Below, piece by piece: positions 59,006-64,000 of a stretch of 64,000 nucleotides of DNA. The stretch comes from a virus (taxonomy: Duplodnaviria; Caudoviricetes), in the IMG/VR virus record IMGVR_UViG_3300035515_000417, positions 23,961 to 87,960 of that record; one strand, 5' to 3'. How positions within the stretch are numbered: the stretch's first letter is position 1; each line of letters starts with the position of its first letter. The notes under the pieces are model-generated. The model was given only the letters and a program-made list of their open reading frames with translations, made no database searches and was not told the origin of the DNA. The position numbers and the translations under genes are program-made.

Positions 59006-59028
59006 TTAAAAATCAGAGAGGAAAGAAA

Positions 59029-59496
59029 ATGAATAAATCATTAAAGGCATTTACGCCTACAATTGAAAATAAAAAGGTATTTCATGATTATTTTGTTGAG
59101 GAACAGTTAATATGTGGAATAGAGCTTAGGGGAAATGAAGTTAAGAGTATAAGGGACGGAAAAGCTTCAATTAAGGAAAGTTGGGTAGTCATTGAGAATG
59201 GTGAGCTGATAATTAAGAAAATGCATATTACAGCTTGGAGAACAGCTAACAAGTTTGATGTAGATGAGAACAGAGAAAGAAAGCTATTGGCTACCAAAAA
59301 GCAGATAAGAGATTTTGACACAAAAGTACAGAGACAGGGATATACACTGGTACCCATTAAGGTATTTTTTGATAACAATGGAAGGTGTAAGGTGAAGATA
59401 GGTCTTTGTTTGGGTAAGCATGATTATGATAAGAGGAAAGTTTTAAAAGATAAGCAGATACGCTTGGACATAAATAGGGCACTAAAGGGTAAATAA
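59029..59496 (+). CDS. smpB: SsrA-binding protein SmpB
   Basis: ENKKVFHDYFVEE..ICGIELRGNEVKSIRDGK, RERKLL, GYTLVP, KVKIGL..GKHDYDKR. Confidence 0.95.
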   Translation: MNKSLKAFTPTIENKKVFHDYFVEEQLICGIELRGNEVKSIRDGKASIKESWVVIENGELIIKKMHITAWRTANKFDVDENRERKLLATKKQIRDFDTKVQRQGYTLVPIKVFFDNNGRCKVKIGLCLGKHDYDKRKVLKDKQIRLDINRALKGK

Positions 59497-59523
59497 TCAG
59501 GTAATTGGGGTATTACATAGATT

Positions 59524-59572
59524 AAAGTGGTTAGTTCATTGATTTTAAAAGTGAGCTAACCACTTTTGTTTA
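59524..59572 (+). terminator. Intrinsic terminator after smpB
   Basis: AAAGTGGTTAGTTCAT...GTGAGCTAACCACTTT followed by TGTTT. Confidence 0.75.
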
Positions 59573-59655
59573 TGTTCTTTTAAATCAGCATGTGAGTAAT
59601 TGAATTTTAGATTTTTAATTTTTTAATAAAAATTTTGGACAAGGAGAGTGGGAAG

Positions 59656-59961
59656 ATGTACAGAGGGGATGGCAGTTATAACACCTCAAGGTTAGGCTAT
59701 GAGCGAGAGACCTCATTAAAGGAACTTATAAATAGAGAGCATGAAATGGTGGAAAGATATAATATGATACTTGCTGCTTATGAGACAGCAGATAGAAATG
59801 CTATGAATACTTTGAAATATAAGGATGACCTTAGAGAGAGTATGAATAATATAGATAAAGCAAGACAGGCAATAGTAAATTGTATTAATGCAATGGAAAA
59901 TAACATAATTAATAATGCATGTGAGCAAAAGGCTGGTCAGCTGAGCTTATATGATTTATAA
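59656..59961 (+). CDS. Small helical hypothetical protein
   Basis: ATG 59656 after AAGGAG; ends QLSLYDL. Confidence 0.6.
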   Translation: MYRGDGSYNTSRLGYERETSLKELINREHEMVERYNMILAAYETADRNAMNTLKYKDDLRESMNNIDKARQAIVNCINAMENNIINNACEQKAGQLSLYDL

Positions 59962-60004
59962 GATACAATAAATAAGTTAAGACACAAGAAAGGAAAAAGA
60001 GGAA

Positions 60005-60202
60005 ATGCAGAGAATAAGAGTGGACATTGATGAATTGAGTGAGAAACTTGAGCTAATGAAAGAGGATGACTATGTAACAACAGAGTTAGAAATTAACGAT
60101 GATGAGTATACACCTGAATTATTAATATCAGCAGTATCATTTGATGAGGAGGAACCAATAAGTTATGGTACACTGAATGAAGTGAGTGAGGAGCTGTATT
60201 AA
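60005..60202 (+). CDS. Small acidic hypothetical protein
   Basis: 65 aa, D/E-rich, good RBS. Confidence 0.6.
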   Translation: MQRIRVDIDELSEKLELMKEDDYVTTELEINDDEYTPELLISAVSFDEEEPISYGTLNEVSEELY

Positions 60203-60205
60203 TAA

Positions 60206-61069
60206 ATGAGTAGCATAATAAGTACAATATTAGATACAGAGTGGATAATGATTTTACTAAGAAGTATTTTAATACTAGTCATAGTGAAATCAGTGAATAA
60301 GTTTATAACAAGGACATTCAATAAAAGCTTGGTACCTAACTCATTGTATATAAAGTTCATTAAGAATATATTGAGGGCAATAGTATGGATAATAGGTATT
60401 TCTTCAATAGCATCTCAATTTCCAGCTTTTTCTAAAATGGCAAATACTGTACTTGCAGGTTCTGGTATAGTAGCAGTAGTTTTAGGTATGGCGGCACAGG
60501 ACTCATTTGCAAATATATTTAATGGATTGATGATATCTTTGTTTAAACCATTTGACATAGGTGATAGAATAAAGATATCAGGTGATGATACGGCTGGGTT
60601 TGTTGAGGATATAACCTTGAGACATACAATAATAAGAACATACACAAATGTAAGAATAATAGTGCCTAATTCAATAATGGGTAGTGTAAAGATAGAAAAT
60701 AGTACATATACGGACGGAGCTTCATACCCAGTAGAGGTAGATATAGCATATGAGAGTGCAGATAAGATAGAAAGAGCCATGGAAATCATGGAGGATATAG
60801 TGATAAATCATCCAAAATTTTATGATGCACGAAGTGAAAAAGCTAAAGAAAGTAATACAAAGCCAGTGACCACATTGGTAACAGAATTGGGTGATAGTGG
60901 AATACATTTGAAGGTATTGATGTGGACAGAGCAATTTAATGATAATGCAAAGGCATGTAGTGATTGCAGGATAAAAATATTAAGAGAGTTTGAAAAAGAG
61001 GGAATAGAGATTACGTATAATAAGTTAGCAGTGATAAAATATGAACCAACAGTAGACTTGACAAAATAA
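60206..61069 (+). CDS. mscS: Small-conductance mechanosensitive channel
   Basis: Three TM segments, GIVAVVLGMAAQDSFANIFNG, KPFDIGDRI, GFVEDITLRHTII, IIVPN, VTELGDSG, FEKEGIEI. Confidence 0.9.
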   Translation: MSSIISTILDTEWIMILLRSILILVIVKSVNKFITRTFNKSLVPNSLYIKFIKNILRAIVWIIGISSIASQFPAFSKMANTVLAGSGIVAVVLGMAAQDSFANIFNGLMISLFKPFDIGDRIKISGDDTAGFVEDITLRHTIIRTYTNVRIIVPNSIMGSVKIENSTYTDGASYPVEVDIAYESADKIERAMEIMEDIVINHPKFYDARSEKAKESNTKPVTTLVTELGDSGIHLKVLMWTEQFNDNAKACSDCRIKILREFEKEGIEITYNKLAVIKYEPTVDLTK

Positions 61070-61086
61070 GAAAAATGTGGTATAAT
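61058..61086 (+). promoter_or_regulatory. Consensus sigma-A promoter of the Clp ATPase gene
   Basis: TTGACA-17 bp-TATAAT with extended -10 TG; followed at 61114 by the recurrent TAGCATT motif. Confidence 0.85.
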
Positions 61087-61173
61087 AAAAATTAAATAGA
61101 AATACTATAAATTTAGCATTTTTATATATGGGGTATATTTATTTTTAATTTTAAAGATTTAGGAGAAAAGAGT

Positions 61174-63528
61174 ATGTCATCTAGTAATTTTAATAACAGA
61201 CCAAAATTTGTAAATTTTCTTAATTTTAATGAGGAAGCTAACAAGATATTGAATAAGGCTATATACTATTCAATGGCAGAGGATTGCAGTTCAATAAATG
61301 AGGTACACTTGTTCTTAGCATTAGTAGAAAAGACCAGTTTGGGTAATAAGATACTTAATCAGTTAGATACGACATTTGATATGCTATATAACTCATATCA
61401 ATTTCTAGCAAGCACTGGTGAATATGGTACAGCTAATAATAATTATCCTGATATGCCATTAGATAACATGACAAGAGAGCTATACATAGTATTAGTAAGC
61501 GTGACAAATAAGACAATGACTAGTGCTAGAGAGGTGACTCCTGATGACCTCTTTAGAGAGCTGTTATCAGTGACAAGTAAAAGGTTGGATACATACCTTG
61601 ATTATATAGGAATCAGTTTTGATGATATAATGTCAATGAGTAACAGTGAATTCTACATTCCAGAGGAGTTAGCAGACTTTATAAAAGATATGAAAAATGA
61701 TGTACTTGATGAACAGGAATCAATAGTAAATGTAGATAATTACGTTGATGATATAGTAGAAATCCTTGGTAGAAAAAAGAAAGCAAATCCTTGTTTGGTG
61801 GGTGAGCCCGGTGTAGGAAAGACAGCAATAGTTAAAAGGCTTGTACAGAGGATGATATCTGGTGAGGTTCCTAGTAGTTTAATGGATACACATATATGTG
61901 AGGTACAGGGTTCTACAATATCAGCAGGTACGAGGTTCAGGGGTGACCTTGAGGAAAGAGTAAAAGCAATAGTAGATTGGGCGAGTACACAAGATGTAAT
62001 ATTGTTTGTTGATGAAATTCATACATTTCTTACAAATGGTGATACAGGACATGGTTCAGAATCACTTATAGGAAATGCCATAAAGCAGGGACTTTCAGAT
62101 GGTAGTATGAGGTTAATAGGTGCCACCACACTTGATGAATACCATAAGAGTATTGAAAAGGACAAAGCTTTTAATAGAAGGATACAGTTAGTAGAGGTCA
62201 AGGAGCCTACAATTGAGAATGCTATAACTATGATAAAAGAGTCAATTGTAGATTATAGAAATTTCCATCATGTAGAAATAAATGAGGAAGTTATAGAAGA
62301 AGCAGTAAGACTTTCTGATAGATACTTAAAAAATCAATATTTACCAGATAAAGCATATACGGTGATAGACCAGACATGTGCAAGAATAAAGCTTACAGAT
62401 AAGAAATATATTGACAAAGAGGATATTAAGGATACAATATCAAAGATAACAGGAATAAAAACAAGCAGACTTGAGGAAAATGAGACAGATGCATTAGTAA
62501 CCTTAGAGAAATCAATATCAAAGAGACTGATAGGTCAGAAAGAGGCAGTTAAGACAGCAGCTAAATCAATTAGACGTGCAAAAGCAGGTGTAAGTGATAG
62601 TGGAAAACCATTAGCAAGCTTAATGTTTGTTGGACCTACAGGTGTAGGAAAAACAGAGCTGTGTAAAGTATTAAGTGAAGAAATAGGTATAGGAAAAGAT
62701 GCATTTGTAAAATTGGATATGTCAGAGTTTAATACGAAAGAGAGTGTAAATAAGTTGTTAGGTTCTGACCCTGGATACATTGGATATGGTGAGGAGCCAA
62801 AGTTACTTAAGAGGGTTAAGCATAATCCAGAGAGTGTAGTGCTATTTGATGAGATAGAAAAGGCACACCCAAGTGTATTTGATGTATTACTACAGTTACT
62901 TGATGAAGGCAGGCTTACAAGTAGTTTAGGTGAAACAGTAGATTTTACTAATTGTGTTGTAGTAATGACCTCTAATGCAGGATATGGTGCAGACGGAATG
63001 AATAAGAGAGCACTTGGATTTGATACTGGTAGTAATCAGAACAATGACAGTGACAAAGAAAAGATAGCAAGAAAAGCTCTTGAGGAAACATTCAAACCGG
63101 AGTTCTTAAATAGAATTGATAACATAGTAATCTTTGAGAAGCTCAGTACGGATGAATGTAAAGACATAGTAAAATTAATGCTGAACAAGTTAAATAATAG
63201 AATGGCAATAAAGCATATCAAGTTTAACTTTGGAAATGAATTAGTTGATAGACTAGTAGAAGTAGGATACAGTGATAAATATGGCGCAAGGAATTTAAAA
63301 AGAGGTATTCAAGACATTGTAGAGGATGCCATAGCAGATGCAATAATAGCAGGAGATGTTAAAGAGAATAGCATGGCAGATATAAATTATAACAATGTAA
63401 GTGAAAAGGTAGAAATATCCAATATAGTTGAGGTAGCAGAGGTTAAGCCAGATATAGTAAATGTTGACATAAGAAAAACACCTTTAAACTTGGACATACC
63501 AGATATGACACTGAAAACAAAGAATTAG
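61174..63528 (+). CDS. Class I Clp/Hsp100 ATPase, ClpA-like (no middle domain)
   Basis: Clp N-domain (EVHLFLAL), NPCLVGEPGVGKT, LFVDEIH, GATTLDEY, LPDKA, IGQKEAV, GPTGVGKT, LFDEIEKAHP, MTSNAG, ClpP-docking RALGF, PEFLNRID, YGARNLKR. Confidence 0.9.
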   Translation: MSSSNFNNRPKFVNFLNFNEEANKILNKAIYYSMAEDCSSINEVHLFLALVEKTSLGNKILNQLDTTFDMLYNSYQFLASTGEYGTANNNYPDMPLDNMTRELYIVLVSVTNKTMTSAREVTPDDLFRELLSVTSKRLDTYLDYIGISFDDIMSMSNSEFYIPEELADFIKDMKNDVLDEQESIVNVDNYVDDIVEILGRKKKANPCLVGEPGVGKTAIVKRLVQRMISGEVPSSLMDTHICEVQGSTISAGTRFRGDLEERVKAIVDWASTQDVILFVDEIHTFLTNGDTGHGSESLIGNAIKQGLSDGSMRLIGATTLDEYHKSIEKDKAFNRRIQLVEVKEPTIENAITMIKESIVDYRNFHHVEINEEVIEEAVRLSDRYLKNQYLPDKAYTVIDQTCARIKLTDKKYIDKEDIKDTISKITGIKTSRLEENETDALVTLEKSISKRLIGQKEAVKTAAKSIRRAKAGVSDSGKPLASLMFVGPTGVGKTELCKVLSEEIGIGKDAFVKLDMSEFNTKESVNKLLGSDPGYIGYGEEPKLLKRVKHNPESVVLFDEIEKAHPSVFDVLLQLLDEGRLTSSLGETVDFTNCVVVMTSNAGYGADGMNKRALGFDTGSNQNNDSDKEKIARKALEETFKPEFLNRIDNIVIFEKLSTDECKDIVKLMLNKLNNRMAIKHIKFNFGNELVDRLVEVGYSDKYGARNLKRGIQDIVEDAIADAIIAGDVKENSMADINYNNVSEKVEISNIVEVAEVKPDIVNVDIRKTPLNLDIPDMTLKTKN

Positions 63529-63556
63529 TAAAGGGTTTTAAAGTTTTTAAAAGGAA

Positions 63557-64000
63557 GTGACAAGCGTGCTGAATATATACACATCTTTGAATAAAATGCC
63601 AAAGGACAAAAAGTTCATCAATGATGTTGACACATTTTTCTTATTATGCAGATTGAGAGACACTGATTTTACAAAGAAGGTGCTATCGGAAGTAGAAAGA
63701 GCAAGGTATTGTGATGAACAAACATTCTATGATAGGTTTGACAGAGGGTTGTTTGTAAAGAATTTAAGTACAACTTCAAAAATACTTCTATCAGTAGAAT
63801 ATTATCCTGACATGATATTTAATGCAGATGAACTTGGATATAATGGGTATGACTTGATACTCGGTATTGATAAAGGCAATGTGTTGTTTACAAATAGACT
63901 TGCTAAGTTCTGTGGTAATACAGTAAGAAATGTTTCTGTTGATGATTATGAATGTAGTGACATTTCAGATGTTAATTATGCAATTTGGGGGATAATATGA
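63557..64000 (+). CDS. DUF4869-like protein
   Basis: Resembles the family pattern from memory (LNIY...KVLSEVE...LSTTSKILL...FNADELG.N); TGA at 63998-64000. Confidence 0.5.
   Translation: MTSVLNIYTSLNKMPKDKKFINDVDTFFLLCRLRDTDFTKKVLSEVERARYCDEQTFYDRFDRGLFVKNLSTTSKILLSVEYYPDMIFNADELGYNGYDLILGIDKGNVLFTNRLAKFCGNTVRNVSVDDYECSDISDVNYAIWGII

Larger units (their letters stand above)
1..64000. mobile_element. Segment of a large extrachromosomal or integrative conjugative element (megaplasmid-like), probably from a Clostridia-like host
   Basis: VirB4-like and FtsK-like ATPases with membrane proteins and lipoproteins. Own helicase, topoisomerase and ParB. Isolated divergent housekeeping genes (infC without rpmI/rplT; gyrB and gyrA not adjacent). 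Many orphan ORFs, all on one strand. No capsid, terminase or portal motifs recognised. Confidence 0.65.

Noticed and set aside
58794-59634. A full tmRNA (ssrA) gene beside smpB
   Set aside because: No GGGG 5' acceptor stem with a matching T-arm (GGTTCRA) and CCA end on either side of smpB. Kept only as a low-confidence structured leader.
875-63221. The many minus-strand ORFs (60-183 aa) and short alternate-frame plus-strand ORFs in the track
   Set aside because: They lie antisense to or inside long, motif-bearing + strand genes, have S/L/F-rich shadow composition and lack RBSs.
1-64000. Jumbo phage identity
   Set aside because: Phage-like endonucleases and replication genes are present, but no terminase, portal, capsid or tail motifs, whereas VirB4/coupling-type genes are. 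Not excluded for the rest of the contig.

Overview
AT-rich, purine/G-skewed 64 kb window. All ~47 credible genes lie on the + strand, with Firmicutes-type ribosome-binding sites and sigma-A promoters. There are no rRNA, tRNA, CRISPR, IS or recognisable virion genes. The content fits a segment of a large, probably conjugative extrachromosomal element (megaplasmid or ICE-like) of a Clostridia-like host; this is an inference and no taxonomy could be checked. Four blocks follow in order. (1) 1-24.7 kb: a Gram-positive T4SS-like cluster (large membrane proteins, VirB4-like ATPase, FtsK/TcpA-like coupling ATPase, TadZ/MinD-like ATPase, lipoproteins) interrupted by two tandem endonuclease-like genes. 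(2) 25-47 kb: a DNA metabolism block (SNF2, DnaC-like ATPase, GyrB/GyrA-type topoisomerase, DnaB helicase, RuvC-like, ParB-HNH, and an NAD-ligase homologue split over two genes with its catalytic motifs lost). (3) 47-58.6 kb: a cluster of proteins sharing an unrecognised ~70-aa domain (here the GY-domain) fused to different cargoes (BspA-type LRR, zincin-vWA, Zn-site protein, helical repeats), next to a MoxR AAA+ ATPase. (4) Host-function cargo: IF-3, SmpB, MscS and a ClpA-like unfoldase. The most novel-looking signals are the GY-domain family with its MoxR/vWA neighbourhood, the split pseudo-ligase, and a recurrent GCATT...T-rich motif upstream of about 13 genes. All homology calls were made by eye from motifs; no database searches were run.
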